A stretch of 64,000 nt of DNA from a bacterium (lineage in GTDB: Bacteria; Zhuqueibacterota; Zhuqueibacteria; Residuimicrobiales; Krinioviventaceae): positions 64,001 to 128,000 of the forward strand of contig CAXXFV010000023.1 in NCBI GenBank assembly GCA_963674595.2. The letters run 5' to 3'. The position numbers and the translations under genes are program-made. The notes beneath the pieces are model-generated. The model did no database searches and was not told the origin of the DNA. It saw only the letters and a program-made list of their open reading frames with translations. This document shows, piece after piece, positions 1 to 10,694 of this stretch; position 1 is the first letter of the stretch, and each line of letters begins with the position of its first letter.

Positions 1-2
1 GG

Positions 3-422
3 GGTTATCTGGCTCCAAAAATAAACAAACTCGGCTGGAACAGTTTTGCGTCCCACATTGCGGTCGGACTTGTATGGGCAGGATGGCACCTGCCCTATTA
101 CATCGGCTTGCTGGACCCGACGGATATTCACAAATACACGCCTTTAAATATGTCTGTTTTTATCCCGTTTGTTTTCCTGGGCCTCATTGCGGCATCAGTT
201 GTTTACGGAGAATTGAGACTGCTCACCAATTCCCTGTGGCCGGCCCTTTTGCTGCACACCATCGGCAATGCTATTATTTTGACACTGTTGATGGAAAATT
301 TTGTATCCATTAAAACAAAGGCCCACTTTTTGTTTTCACCTTCGTTTGAAGGTCTTTTGATGATTTTATTGTGTTTGTTGACAGGTATTGTATTGAACAG
401 GGTGAGAGTGAAAAGGATGTGA
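3..422 (+). CDS. CPBP (CAAX/Abi) family intramembrane metalloprotease, 5'-truncated by window edge
   Basis: Frame open from nt 3: GYLAPK...VGLVWAGWHLPY...SLWPALLLHTIGN; WHLP and HxxxN motifs, hydrophobic helices. Confidence 0.85.
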   Translation, partial: GYLAPKINKLGWNSFASHIAVGLVWAGWHLPYYIGLLDPTDIHKYTPLNMSVFIPFVFLGLIAASVVYGELRLLTNSLWPALLLHTIGNAIILTLLMENFVSIKTKAHFLFSPSFEGLLMILLCLLTGIVLNRVRVKRM

Positions 423-452
423 TTTTTATCCTGAAAAAGAATTGATAAAAAA

Positions 453-1151
453 TTACTCTTTTATCATCATTTTATAACCCTTGCCGTGCAGATTTTTGAT
501 CTCAATACGTTCATCTTTTTTTAAAAAACCTCGCAGTTTGCTGATGTAAACATCCATGCTTCTGGCGGTAAAATAGCTGTCATCTTCCCATATTTTATCA
601 AGAGCGGTTTTTCGTTTGAGCAGTTGGTTTTTGTTGACAGATAATAAATAAAGCAGTTCCGATTCTTTAAACGAAAGTTTATAGTTTTCATTATTAAATA
701 TCAACAACTGTTTTGAATAGTCAAATATATATCGGCCCAAATGAAAAATTTCCGAATTATTTTTTGAATGTTGGTTTTGGGTCCGTTTCAACACGGCTTG
801 AATACGCAACAACAGTTCTTCCATACTGAACGGTTTGGTAACATAGTCGTCACCGCCGATTTTAAATCCCTCTATCCGGTCTTCTTTTAAAGATTTGGCT
901 GTTAAAAAGATAATGGGAACGAGTTTATTATGCTCTCGTATTTTTTCAGCCAATGTGAATCCATCCATAACCGGCAGCATAACATCAATCAGACACAGAT
1001 CAAAAGACTGGTTTAAAAATTCATCTAGTGCATCCAGTCCGTTTTCGCATCTTACAATAGCATAGCGCTGCAATTCCAGCGATTCCTGCAAAATAAATCC
1101 CAGGTTCGGGTCGTCTTCCACCACAAGTATTTTAGTGTTTTGTTGCGTCAT
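453..1151 (-). CDS. OmpR/PhoB-family DNA-binding response regulator
   Basis: REC motifs VEDD, D-VMLP, FLTAK, DDYVTKPF; winged-helix RSMDVYISKLR...GKGY. Confidence 0.95.
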   Translation of the reverse strand: MTQQNTKILVVEDDPNLGFILQESLELQRYAIVRCENGLDALDEFLNQSFDLCLIDVMLPVMDGFTLAEKIREHNKLVPIIFLTAKSLKEDRIEGFKIGGDDYVTKPFSMEELLLRIQAVLKRTQNQHSKNNSEIFHLGRYIFDYSKQLLIFNNENYKLSFKESELLYLLSVNKNQLLKRKTALDKIWEDDSYFTARSMDVYISKLRGFLKKDERIEIKNLHGKGYKMMIKE

Positions 1152-2763
1152 TTATTTCGTTATATAAAGGTAACATGATTTCAAAAACAGTGCCTTTTCC
1201 CGGTTGACTTTTTACTTTTACCGAACCCTTATGGGCCTGAACGATCAATTTGACATAGCTCAAACCAAGGCCAAACCCTTTTACATTATGAATATTTCCG
1301 GTCGGTACTCTGAAATAGCTGTCAAATATCTGCTTTTGATATTCAACAGGGATGCCGATGCCGTTATCGCTGATTTTTATCAGGACATTGTTTTCTGAAT
1401 TTGCCGTTGTTATCCGGATTTTAGGATTCTGCTGATTGTATTTGACAGCGTTATCCAGCAAATTAAACAGCACATTTTCAATATGGACGGGATCGGCATA
1501 GATTAACGTATCAAGTGCCTCCAGCGATAATGTAATAGCGCCTGGATTTTTTTTTAATTGTAATTCAAAGCTCTTTGCTGCTTGTGTAATCAGTTTATGT
1601 ATATCCAGCGGTTTTAAATCCAGGTCAATGTCATTGTTTTCAAATTCCGCCAGTTGTAATATCTTTTCAACATGCTGTTCCATTCGGGTTGTTTCGGTTT
1701 TTATAATCTCAAGATATTGTTTGGTTTTGTTCTTTTGCTGCTGCACTGCCGGATGTCCTAGTGATTCACCGGCCAGGGCAATGGTTGAAATCGGGGTTTT
1801 AAACTCGTGTGTCATATTGTTGATAAAATGGACCAAAAGGGCGGCAAAACTTTTTTGTTTATAGACAATTTTTAAAACATATAAAAAACAAAAAAAGATG
1901 ATGAGAATAAAAACAAATGATGAAATGATCCAAATGCCGGTTTGTCTGAGTAGAAATATATTCTTATGTGTAAAAGAGACAACCAGATCTTCAGACGGTT
2001 GAAAAAAATCGTTTGGAAAAAGTTTAATGTGATAGGGATTTTTCAGATGGATGTTTTTGTGTTTTTTATAAAGGACAGAATCTGTTTTTGTGTTTATAAT
2101 GGCATAATTATAGGGTGTATCGATTTTGTACTTTTGAAATGTCGTGGATATCAATGAATCCAGGGATGTTAATTGAATCCTTTCGAACACCGGTTTGGGT
2201 TTGATGATCAGGTCCTGCATGACTTTTTCGACAAGCTGTTGTTTGGCCTGTTTTGATTGTTGAAACGGTTGGCCGGATATTTTTGTTTTAATCATATAAT
2301 CTATACTATCAGGTTCGCCTGGATAGCTTCCTGATGTCGTTTTGTTCGAAGCATTATTGGGGAAATAATACATTTTTTTTACAGCGGCGCTTGTTTTATG
2401 TGCCGTGTCGCTGGATATTTGGCTAAAATCAGTTATAATCTGCATCATCACTTTTGTGCTTTCGCCCATGACATTCTGTGTAGAGTCTTTGGTGATGAAT
2501 ATTCGTGTAAGATTTAAACTGTCATTTCCTTGTGTATCAAAATCTGTTGATGATGCATCAAGTTTTACTGTAATATTGTCGGCAATTTCCCTCATTTCCA
2601 GCCTTTTGACAATATCATGCAAACAATTTTCCGCAACGTTGTTAAAACTTTCTGTTTCCAGTTTCAGGGCGTGATGAAACAAATAGATTTGCAGACTAAT
2701 CAAACCGATCAGAGCGGCTGAAATGAATATGATAATGGTAATGATTCTTTTCTCAGGTTTCAT
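1132..2763 (-). CDS. Sensor histidine kinase (2 TM, periplasmic domain, HisKA, HATPase_c)
   Basis: H-box THEFKTPI, N-box NLLDNAVKY, G-boxes DNGIGI and GFGLGL; overlaps the regulator. Confidence 0.95.
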   Translation of the reverse strand: MKPEKRIITIIIFISAALIGLISLQIYLFHHALKLETESFNNVAENCLHDIVKRLEMREIADNITVKLDASSTDFDTQGNDSLNLTRIFITKDSTQNVMGESTKVMMQIITDFSQISSDTAHKTSAAVKKMYYFPNNASNKTTSGSYPGEPDSIDYMIKTKISGQPFQQSKQAKQQLVEKVMQDLIIKPKPVFERIQLTSLDSLISTTFQKYKIDTPYNYAIINTKTDSVLYKKHKNIHLKNPYHIKLFPNDFFQPSEDLVVSFTHKNIFLLRQTGIWIISSFVFILIIFFCFLYVLKIVYKQKSFAALLVHFINNMTHEFKTPISTIALAGESLGHPAVQQQKNKTKQYLEIIKTETTRMEQHVEKILQLAEFENNDIDLDLKPLDIHKLITQAAKSFELQLKKNPGAITLSLEALDTLIYADPVHIENVLFNLLDNAVKYNQQNPKIRITTANSENNVLIKISDNGIGIPVEYQKQIFDSYFRVPTGNIHNVKGFGLGLSYVKLIVQAHKGSVKVKSQPGKGTVFEIMLPLYNEINDATKH

Positions 2764-2800
2764 GGTTAAAAATACAATATTTTAAAATCAAATTCACGGA

Positions 2801-2840
2801 CTTTAACACTTTTTAACATTTTCTAACCTTATTTAACTAG
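2801..2840. promoter_or_regulatory. Four tandem 10-bp-phased TAAC direct repeats, probable OmpR-family binding sites
   Basis: ctttaacact ttttaacatt ttctaacctt atttaactag in the divergent intergenic region. Confidence 0.6.
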
Positions 2841-2910
2841 GGCATGAAATTGAGAAATATTATTTTGGCGATGTAATAAATATTTTATTGTAAAAAAAAG
2901 AGGTCCTGCC

Positions 2911-3672
2911 ATGAAACGTATTATCATTAACTCTGTTTATTTGATTTTGCTTATATGTTCAAGTGTGTTTTCCCAGGCCAGGATGCAAAAAATCATGCTG
3001 CAAGGTGATGACATTTATATAAGCCGTGAACTGGAAACTGTTATCGTCGGTAAGGACGGTGTTGTCACGGTCGCTACCTTAATGCCCCTGGAAATGCGGT
3101 CACAGGAATACCGGTCTATAGATATAAATGAAGGGGACACCATCCTGTATTTTAATGCTGAAAAGGTTAAATCAGCCAAAGAGATCGAAAAATTGTACAA
3201 CAGCATAGCTGTCGGCGGGGGAATAAAACTTGGGATAAAACGCGGCCCGGAAATGCACCTGATCAGTTATGCCAAGATCGATCCGGCAAACCTGCCCCAG
3301 GGACAGCGGATGGTTGTTCGTACAATGGACAAAGATCCGGATATGAAAATGATGGATTCTGATAAGGTCATTATCAAAAAGACGGATAACATGCTGCCGT
3401 TAATGAGCGAAGGCATTATTCTGGAAGATGTGGAGAATGCCGTTAAGATTTCCGAGACATTTGATGTTAAAAACAACCTTTTCAAAAAAGGCGATATTAT
3501 TGTGTCGATGAACGATCAATCCGTAAAAACGATCAAAGAATTCGATGAAATGTATCAAAAAATAAATATCGGTTCTGAAATTTCTTTGAACATCCAGCGT
3601 GGACAAAACAATCTAAAGCTGGTTTATAACAAATCCAAAGCTCCTGAAATTATTAAAAAAGATAAAGAATAG
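2911..3672 (+). CDS. Secreted tandem PDZ-domain protein
   Basis: Signal peptide; two PDZ-like repeats (GDTILYFN..IKRG; GDIIVSMN..IQRG). Confidence 0.7.
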   Translation: MKRIIINSVYLILLICSSVFSQARMQKIMLQGDDIYISRELETVIVGKDGVVTVATLMPLEMRSQEYRSIDINEGDTILYFNAEKVKSAKEIEKLYNSIAVGGGIKLGIKRGPEMHLISYAKIDPANLPQGQRMVVRTMDKDPDMKMMDSDKVIIKKTDNMLPLMSEGIILEDVENAVKISETFDVKNNLFKKGDIIVSMNDQSVKTIKEFDEMYQKINIGSEISLNIQRGQNNLKLVYNKSKAPEIIKKDKE

Positions 3673-3682
3673 GTGTATATAC

Positions 3683-5176
3683 ATGTTGAAACGGATATGC
3701 CTGACGGCGTTGGTATTTACTGTTCTGACAGATTTTTGTTCTGCGCAGACTGGTTCCTACTTTAATCAACGGGATGACCAATATACGTTGTTGGGATTAA
3801 AACGGGCCAAAGAAGCTTTTGATATGGCCAGAAATAATTTAAACCGCGTTCAGGAAATGTTTGATAAGGGCCTTGTGTCTCGTCAGGATTTGGACCAGGC
3901 AAAAAATTTGTTCACAGATGCCGAGGTTAATTATCAACAATCCCTGCTGGCGGTCATTTTTGAAAAACAGCATGTCAGTGTGCAAACAGCGGTGAAATAC
4001 CAGGCCAAAGACGGTCGGAAACATGTGCGTCTGGTTTTGGCAAACACGTCTGGTGGCAGCAGCGAATTTAAAAAACTGATCAATATTGATGATGAGCTTT
4101 ATCACGCGTTAAAACCCGAAATCATTAACGATGTTTATGTCTCTCTGATGAATGACGACCAGGCAATTATCAGTCAACCCTATGAAATGAAAATAGACCG
4201 GCTCCTATTTGGGCAGCCCGCTACGTTGGATTTTACACTGCTTCAGGACCTGGATGCCGTGTCCGTAAATATTATTTATGGGCGGGGTTACAGCAAATAT
4301 TCCAAAGTGTTTTTGCAAAAGGATGCTTCAGAAAACAAGGTTATTGTTCAGGCTGAACAGTTTTCTCAGGAAGTGGAACTGGGCAGTTCCGCCTCATTAG
4401 ACCTGACTTTGGAGCTTTTCAGTGGAACTTTGAACACGTTTAAACTACAGGTTGTTAATTTACCACAGCAGATAAATCGATATTTTATTGAGCCTGAAAG
4501 TCAGGCCCGGTTGTCACAGTTTAAATTCACCGAGAGTACCTCCACACGACGGGTTTCGCTTCAGGTGTTTTTACCGGACCGGCCGTCGGAACAGGTGGTT
4601 ATAGATAAGCCGTTGCCGTTTTACGTTCTTGTCATTCCGGCTGATATGTGGAATAAGACGGATGATTTTCAGACGAAATTCTGGACACAGGAGGAACTGG
4701 ACGCGCTGCATATCGGATATGTCAAGCTGGAACTTGTACCGCGCGGCATCGGCAAGCTTTTGGTAAGGGCGCCTCAGCTTTACTATTCTATCAAACCGGA
4801 TGATAAAGTGGACATGGAAATAGAACTTGTCAATGAAGGTACGCGCCGGCTGGATAATATTGAAATTGAGGTAGATGCTCCGTTAAACTGGCAAAAAATC
4901 GTTTCACCTGAATTAACACCGAATCTTGACATAGCCCAGGAAAACAAAATTTCTCTACAATTGTTGCCGCCGGAAAATGTTGCTGTCGGCCGGTATGAGT
5001 TTCGAATCCGTTCAACATCGTTGTCCGACAATCGGCCGGTCACCGGCGATGATAAAACCGTGATCGTCAGAGTTGAGGCAAAAACAAACATTTTCGGAAC
5101 ACTGTTGATTGTTCTGTTTATTGTGTTGATTTCGGTTACCATGGTTGTTTTTGCAATTCGGTTGTCGCGAAGATAA
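3683..5176 (+). CDS. Exported protein with coiled-coil hairpin, NEW3-like Ig domain and C-terminal TM anchor
   Basis: Signal peptide; RVQEMFDKGLVSRQDLDQA hairpin; NEG...APLNW...PPENVAVGRY; terminal TM followed by RR. Confidence 0.65.
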   Translation: MLKRICLTALVFTVLTDFCSAQTGSYFNQRDDQYTLLGLKRAKEAFDMARNNLNRVQEMFDKGLVSRQDLDQAKNLFTDAEVNYQQSLLAVIFEKQHVSVQTAVKYQAKDGRKHVRLVLANTSGGSSEFKKLINIDDELYHALKPEIINDVYVSLMNDDQAIISQPYEMKIDRLLFGQPATLDFTLLQDLDAVSVNIIYGRGYSKYSKVFLQKDASENKVIVQAEQFSQEVELGSSASLDLTLELFSGTLNTFKLQVVNLPQQINRYFIEPESQARLSQFKFTESTSTRRVSLQVFLPDRPSEQVVIDKPLPFYVLVIPADMWNKTDDFQTKFWTQEELDALHIGYVKLELVPRGIGKLLVRAPQLYYSIKPDDKVDMEIELVNEGTRRLDNIEIEVDAPLNWQKIVSPELTPNLDIAQENKISLQLLPPENVAVGRYEFRIRSTSLSDNRPVTGDDKTVIVRVEAKTNIFGTLLIVLFIVLISVTMVVFAIRLSRR

Positions 5177-5190
5177 TAAAAGAGGTTTTT

Positions 5191-5966
5191 ATGCAAGTTA
5201 ATAAAATGGAAAGTCTGTTTAAAAATTCCAATTCACCTCAACCGGTTCTTGAGGCTGACAAACTGACAAAAAGATACGATAATGGTGTGTTGGCTGTTGA
5301 TAATACGAGTTTTAAAGTATATCCGGGACAGATTTATGCCATGCTGGGTGCAAACGGCGCCGGTAAAACCACGTTGATTCATCTGTTCCTGAATTTTATC
5401 GAACCGACACAGGGTGTTGCCCGGATCGATGGCGTTGGCGCACAACGCGAGCCATTGTTTGTTAAACAACGGCTGGCCTATGTTTCAGAAAATGTAATGC
5501 TTTATTCGAATTTTACCCCGGTACAAAATCTGGATTATTTTTGCAAACTGGCCGGGCATAATCACTATACCCGACAGGACTATGAGGCCACACTTTCCCG
5601 GGTGGGACTGCAATCCTCAAGTTTTACAATGAAATTAAAAGATTTTTCCAAAGGCATGCGTCAAAAATGCGGAATTGCGATTGCCATATTAAAAAATGCG
5701 CCGGTTATTTTATTGGACGAACCCACCTCCGGGCTGGACCCTAAAGCCGGTCATGATTTTATTCAGCTTTTGGCTGAAACTCAGGCAGGAGGGAAAAGCA
5801 ATTTTTAATGTCAACCCATGATATTTTCAGGGCCAGACAGGTTGCCGATACTGTCGGCATCATGCGTTCCGGAAAGTTACTGGTTGAATACACACAAATG
5901 GAACTGGAACAAAAAAATTTGGAACAACTCTATCTCGACTATATGATGGGTGAAACGGAAAATTAA
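5191..5966 (+). CDS. ABC transporter ATP-binding protein (frameshifted near 5778-5808)
   Basis: Walker A GANGAGKT, signature FSKGMRQ, Walker B ILLDEP; H-loop MSTHDIF continues in another frame to TAA at 5964-5966. Confidence 0.9.
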
Positions 5967-5982
5967 TTTTTAGGAACGTTAT

Positions 5983-7398
5983 ATGATTAAAACGATAATG
6001 AAAAAAGAGCTGTTGGAAATTATCGGTTCCCGAAAGTTTCTGGTGACTTTTTCAATATGTTCTTTGTTTATAATACTGGCATTTTTTGTAGGGACGCAAA
6101 ATTACAAAAAAAATTATGCCCGCTATCAGGCTGCCTGTTCGGAAAACCTGCGTCAATTCAGCGGTTTGACGGATTGGACCCAGGTCACCGGATTTAAACT
6201 GTTTTTACCGCCGCGTCTGTTAGAGTCTCTGGTGACGGGTGTTTCCAATGATATCGGTCGGACCATTAAAGTGTATGGACGCGGAGAGTTATCAACCCAG
6301 GACAGCCGTAACAGCGGCAATCCTTTGTTCGCTGTTTTTCAATTTCTGGATTTGACGTTTATTTTTCAAATCGTGTTGTCCTTGTTTGCTGTTTTTTTAA
6401 CCTATAATTCTGTAAACGGTGAAAAAGAACAGGGGACCTTGAGACTGACATTTTCAAATGCCGTTCCAAAAGACAAGTTTATTCTCGGTAAAATGACAGG
6501 CTCTTTACTGGCCCTGGTCCTTCCTTTATCCATCCCGATTTTGCTGGGTTGCCTGTTGATGCCTCTTCAGGGCATTCATTTACAGATTCAAGAGTGGCTG
6601 CAATTGGGACTGGTTTTATTAACCGGCATCGTTTATGTGGCAAGTTTTCTTTTTCTCTCTATTTTTGTGTCTGTACTGACAAAAAAATCTTCAACATCGT
6701 TTCTGGTGCTGCTTGCCTTGTGGATTGTTTTTGTATTTATTATCCCCAATTCTTCGGTTGTCATTGCCGGTCATGCTGTGGATGTCCCGTCTGTTGACTA
6801 TATGAATTATCAAAAAGGACAATATCGCGCCCAGCTTTTTAACCGGGAAAGAGAAAAGCTGAACGCGTTTAAACCATCCAGTAACGGTGATATGGAAAAA
6901 ATGCTGCAAGAGTTTGAAGAGTTTATGGATGATCTTGGCAAATCCAGAAATGAAAAAATGCAGGAATATACCAATCGTTTGAATGAACAGCGTTTAAACA
7001 AGCAAATAGAGCAACAAAAACTGGCTTTTGGCTTTTCACGGCTTTCTCCGAGTGCGGTTTTTACTTTTGCCGTAACCAGGCTGGCGGGCAGTTTTATCGA
7101 TTTAAATCAACATTTTTTACAACAAGCCGGCGAATATCAAGCGCAGTTTCTGCAGTTTATGAAAAGCAAAACCGGAATTGTTCCTGACAAGGGCGCGGTC
7201 ATTATGAAATTGAACGACGATAATTCAAAGCAGGAAACACCGATTAATTTAATGGAACTGCCGGAATTTAATTATCAAGATTTTGCTTTTACGAATTCCA
7301 TTCAAAGCGCTCTGCTGGATATATTTTTACTGGTTATGCTGAATGTTGTATTGTTTTTTGCGGCTTTTTTAGCATTTTCACGATATGATGTCAGGTAA
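5983..7398 (+). CDS. ABC-2 type transporter permease
   Basis: MKKELLE start, GEKEQGTL motif, multiple TMs, ends RYDVR. Confidence 0.88.
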   Translation: MIKTIMKKELLEIIGSRKFLVTFSICSLFIILAFFVGTQNYKKNYARYQAACSENLRQFSGLTDWTQVTGFKLFLPPRLLESLVTGVSNDIGRTIKVYGRGELSTQDSRNSGNPLFAVFQFLDLTFIFQIVLSLFAVFLTYNSVNGEKEQGTLRLTFSNAVPKDKFILGKMTGSLLALVLPLSIPILLGCLLMPLQGIHLQIQEWLQLGLVLLTGIVYVASFLFLSIFVSVLTKKSSTSFLVLLALWIVFVFIIPNSSVVIAGHAVDVPSVDYMNYQKGQYRAQLFNREREKLNAFKPSSNGDMEKMLQEFEEFMDDLGKSRNEKMQEYTNRLNEQRLNKQIEQQKLAFGFSRLSPSAVFTFAVTRLAGSFIDLNQHFLQQAGEYQAQFLQFMKSKTGIVPDKGAVIMKLNDDNSKQETPINLMELPEFNYQDFAFTNSIQSALLDIFLLVMLNVVLFFAAFLAFSRYDVR

Positions 7399-7412
7399 AG
7401 GATGAGGATGAA

Positions 7413-8869
7413 ATGATAAGGTTGATTTTAAAAATGAGATAAAAAATATTGTTGCCGGTCCCAAATTTGTCATGACGTTTATAATTTCTACATTACTGGT
7501 CATGCTGAGTGTATATTTGGGCATTTTGAATTATCAGGCGCATCTGGAATCCTATTATGCCGGGGAGCAGTTGGTTAAACAGGAACAGAACAACCAGATG
7601 TCCTGGGCGCAATTTGATACCAAGGTTTATCGAAAACCGGAGCCCATGCAAATATTTGTGTCCGGTGTCAGCAACGATATCGGTCGTTATACCCATATTT
7701 TGGCATCACCTGTCAAACTGGTACACAGCATCTATAGCGATAATCCGATTTTTGCCGCATTTCGGCTGCTGGATTTCCAAACAGTTGTTATGGTCATTTT
7801 ACCTTTGCTGGCTATTTTATTTACTTTTGATGCCGTAAACCGTGAAAAAGAAAACGGTGTGCTGGCACTGGTGTTTTCAAATGCTGTTCCCCGAAATAAA
7901 TATATTTTGGGGAAATTTATCGCGATCTGGACAGGACTGGTAACACCTGTTTTACTGGCTGTTTTATTGGGTTTTCTTTTTGTACTGATGTTCGGAATAG
8001 CGTTGACCGGTCGGGAATGGTTATTTCTTTTTGTCATGTTGATGGTTTCGCTGGTGTATTTTTCATTTTTTATTGCCTTTGGTGTTTTTATCTCCACATT
8101 GACAACCCGTTCCGCCGGTTCTTTTTTAATATTAATTGCCGGGTGGATTATTATGGTATTTTTTATACCTCGGCTCGGCATTATGTTGTCTTATCAAGTT
8201 TATCCTGTGCCGTCAGTTGAAGAAACCGAGGCAAATATTCAGGGCTATGCCAACCTGGAATGGGCCAAATTTGCAAAACAACTGGAAGGCCTGTGGCAGG
8301 AACGTAATCGTGCCCAAATTGATATGACGGAACAACAAAAACAGGATTTTCAGAATGAATCCATGTGGCTGTGGATACAGCAGGAGGATTCCATGAGAAA
8401 AGCTGTGCTTGAGGATATAGATAAATTTACGGACAAGAGCCATCAACAGATCAGGAACCGGCAGACACAGCAGGAGGATCTGGCCTTGAACTTTTTTAAA
8501 TTATCGCCCGCCTCTTTGCTGCATACGGTGCTTTTGAATATTGCCGAGACGGACATTCATTTAAAAGCACGGTATGAAACAGATGCAGAACAGTATAAAA
8601 ATGTATTGTCCGATTATGTTGTGAAAAAAGAAAAATCCGAAGGAAATATCGGCGGAATACGTGTTACTTTTGGTCCAGCCGGTTTGAAAATTGATACGGG
8701 TCGTCAGGCGCAGTTAAACACAAGTGATATGCCGGTTTTTGAAAAATCCTGCTTGTCTTTTGGAACGCTGTTTCTTTCTTCGTTAAACTCTATCATGCTG
8801 TTGCTGTTTTATACGGTTATTTGCCTTGCAGGCGCTTTTGTGGCCTTTACACGGTATGATGTGCGGTAA
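7413..8869 (+). CDS. ABC-2 type transporter permease (paralog; 5' homopolymer frameshift at ~7430-7434)
   Basis: ATG 7413 gives MIRLILK-NEIKNIVAGPKF, matching the paralog N-terminus if one A is added; REKENGVL; ends RYDVR. Confidence 0.85.
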
Positions 8870-8919
8870 GGTTTTTGAACGTTATATATCCTGGTTTTTT
8901 ATTCGGTACTCTTTTTCCT

Positions 8920-9136
8920 GTCATGTCTGTTTCGCGGGAATGACAAAGTTGGCGAATTAACGCAAATCCTGCTGAAACATAAAATAATCTGCTCATTGGG
9001 ATCAATGGTTTTAAATCTGCTTTGTTTTTTTGTCATGCCTGTGAAAACAGGCATCCAGTGTGAAAAGTCTATTCTGGATTCCCGTTTTCGCGTGAATGAC
9101 AAGATTAGCGAATTATTACAAACCCTGCTGAAACAA
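8920..9136. repeat. Two tandem palindromic GTCAT...GAATGAC (dRS3/RPE-like) repeat units
   Basis: gtcatgcctgtgaaaacaggcatccag...ctggattcccgttttcgcgtgaatgac (9032-9100) and an internally deleted copy (8920-8944), each followed by gcgaatta...cctgctgaaaca. Confidence 0.75.
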
Positions 9137-9200
9137 AAAACCGATTCATTAAATTTAAAACCCGCCTGTTAACGATATACTAAAAGTAACATTAAAAATC

Positions 9201-9229
9201 TTGCTTCAAAACGGCAAAATAGCTATTAT
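9201..9229 (+). promoter_or_regulatory. Putative sigma70 promoter
   Basis: TTGCTT-17 bp-TATTAT about 30 bp upstream of the 9259 ATG. Confidence 0.5.
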
Positions 9230-9258
9230 ATGAAAAAATCGAAATCAAAGAATGAATC

Positions 9259-9657
9259 ATGAATGAATTAGCTCAGCGCAAGTGGACGATTTTAGCGATT
9301 ATTGCCATTGTTCCCATTGGATTTTTTGCCAAATTTTATACCGGTCCTGCCTGGTTTTGGGTGAACAACTCTTTTAGCGGTGTGTTTTACGAACTGTTTT
9401 GGTGCTTTGTCGGTTTTTTGTTCTTTCCAAAGTCGAGGCCGTTCATTATTGCATTGACGGTTTTAATTATCACCTGTCTCTTAGAGTTTATGCAACTGTG
9501 GCACCCTCCGTTTTTGGAGATCATCCGTCAGACCTTTTTAGGCCGCACTCTTTTGGGTACTTCATTCACCTGGTCTGATTTTCCTTATTATTTTATCGGC
9601 TGCGGTCTTGGATGGTTTTTGATTGCCTGGCTTAAAAAACTGGAAAACAATCATTAA
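9259..9657 (+). CDS. DUF2809 family membrane protein
   Basis: EFMQLW...RQTFLGRTLLGTSFTWSD motif. Confidence 0.8.
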   Translation: MNELAQRKWTILAIIAIVPIGFFAKFYTGPAWFWVNNSFSGVFYELFWCFVGFLFFPKSRPFIIALTVLIITCLLEFMQLWHPPFLEIIRQTFLGRTLLGTSFTWSDFPYYFIGCGLGWFLIAWLKKLENNH

Positions 9658-9678
9658 AATTTTTCAAAATTTTTAGTT

Positions 9679-10605
9679 ATGACAGAACATGAAACAGATT
9701 TCGAGTTGAACAATGATTTTGCCGGATTCAAGCAAAAAATAAGGTCCATATACCCGAAACTGTACCTGGGGACGTGCAGTTGGAAATATGATTCCTGGAA
9801 GAATGTGCTTTATTCGAATAATGTGATGAACCATCTTGAGGAATACAGCCAATATTTTAACAGTGTTGAAATTGATCAATGGTTCTGGTCACTGCATGGT
9901 GCCGATAAAGTGTCGTTACCAGATATAAAAACTGCCCGTGAATATGCCGCATCGGTTTCCGGTGATTTTAAATTTAGCGTCAAAGTACCGAACAGTATAA
10001 CGCTGACCCATTTTTACAATCGTAATAAAAACGAACCTTTGGTTGAAAATCCTCATTTTTTATCCAATGATCTGTTCTCCCGGTTTTTGGAAAACATCTC
10101 ACCGTTGGCAGACCGGCTCGGCCCGATCATGTTCCAGTTTGAATATTTGAACAAGCAGAAAATGGTTTCTCAACAGCATTTTCTACAGCAGTTTGCTTTG
10201 TTTATTAAAAAATGCCCCTCTGAATTGCAATATGGCGTTGAGATAAGAAATCCGAATTATCTGAACGTATCTTATTTTAAGTTTTTAAGAGAGTTTAATT
10301 TAACACATGTCTTTTTGCAGGGTTATTACATGCCTTCCATTTTTCCGGTATTAATAAGTTTTTCTCATTTACTCAAGGATTGTGTTGTTATTCGTCTTCA
10401 CGGGCCGGACCGCAAGGGGATAGAAAGTGAAAGCCGGGGAGACTGGAACCGAATCCTGCAATCCAAAGATACTGAAATTCATGAACTGACATCTATACTT
10501 GAATCGTTATTTAAAAAACAGCATGAAATTTACATCAATGTCAACAATCATTATGAAGGGTCTGCGCCCCTTACGGCCAAAAGAATTTTAGATGGTTTGG
10601 ACTGA
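9679..10605 (+). CDS. DUF72 (YecE-like) protein
   Basis: GTCSWKY, VEID, FSVKVP..ITH, VEIRN, RLHG, NNHYEG. Confidence 0.9.
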   Translation: MTEHETDFELNNDFAGFKQKIRSIYPKLYLGTCSWKYDSWKNVLYSNNVMNHLEEYSQYFNSVEIDQWFWSLHGADKVSLPDIKTAREYAASVSGDFKFSVKVPNSITLTHFYNRNKNEPLVENPHFLSNDLFSRFLENISPLADRLGPIMFQFEYLNKQKMVSQQHFLQQFALFIKKCPSELQYGVEIRNPNYLNVSYFKFLREFNLTHVFLQGYYMPSIFPVLISFSHLLKDCVVIRLHGPDRKGIESESRGDWNRILQSKDTEIHELTSILESLFKKQHEIYINVNNHYEGSAPLTAKRILDGLD

Positions 10606-10694
10606 TTGTATATTTGTTGTTGTTTTTAATTTGAAAATCCCATACAATATATTATCAAACTTAACTGTTCTGGTGGTCAATTGGGAGAAACAAA

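Noticed and set aside
8899-9102. 67-aa ORF MSFTRKRESR...
   Set aside because: Translation of the palindromic repeat (SFPRKRES-like), not a gene
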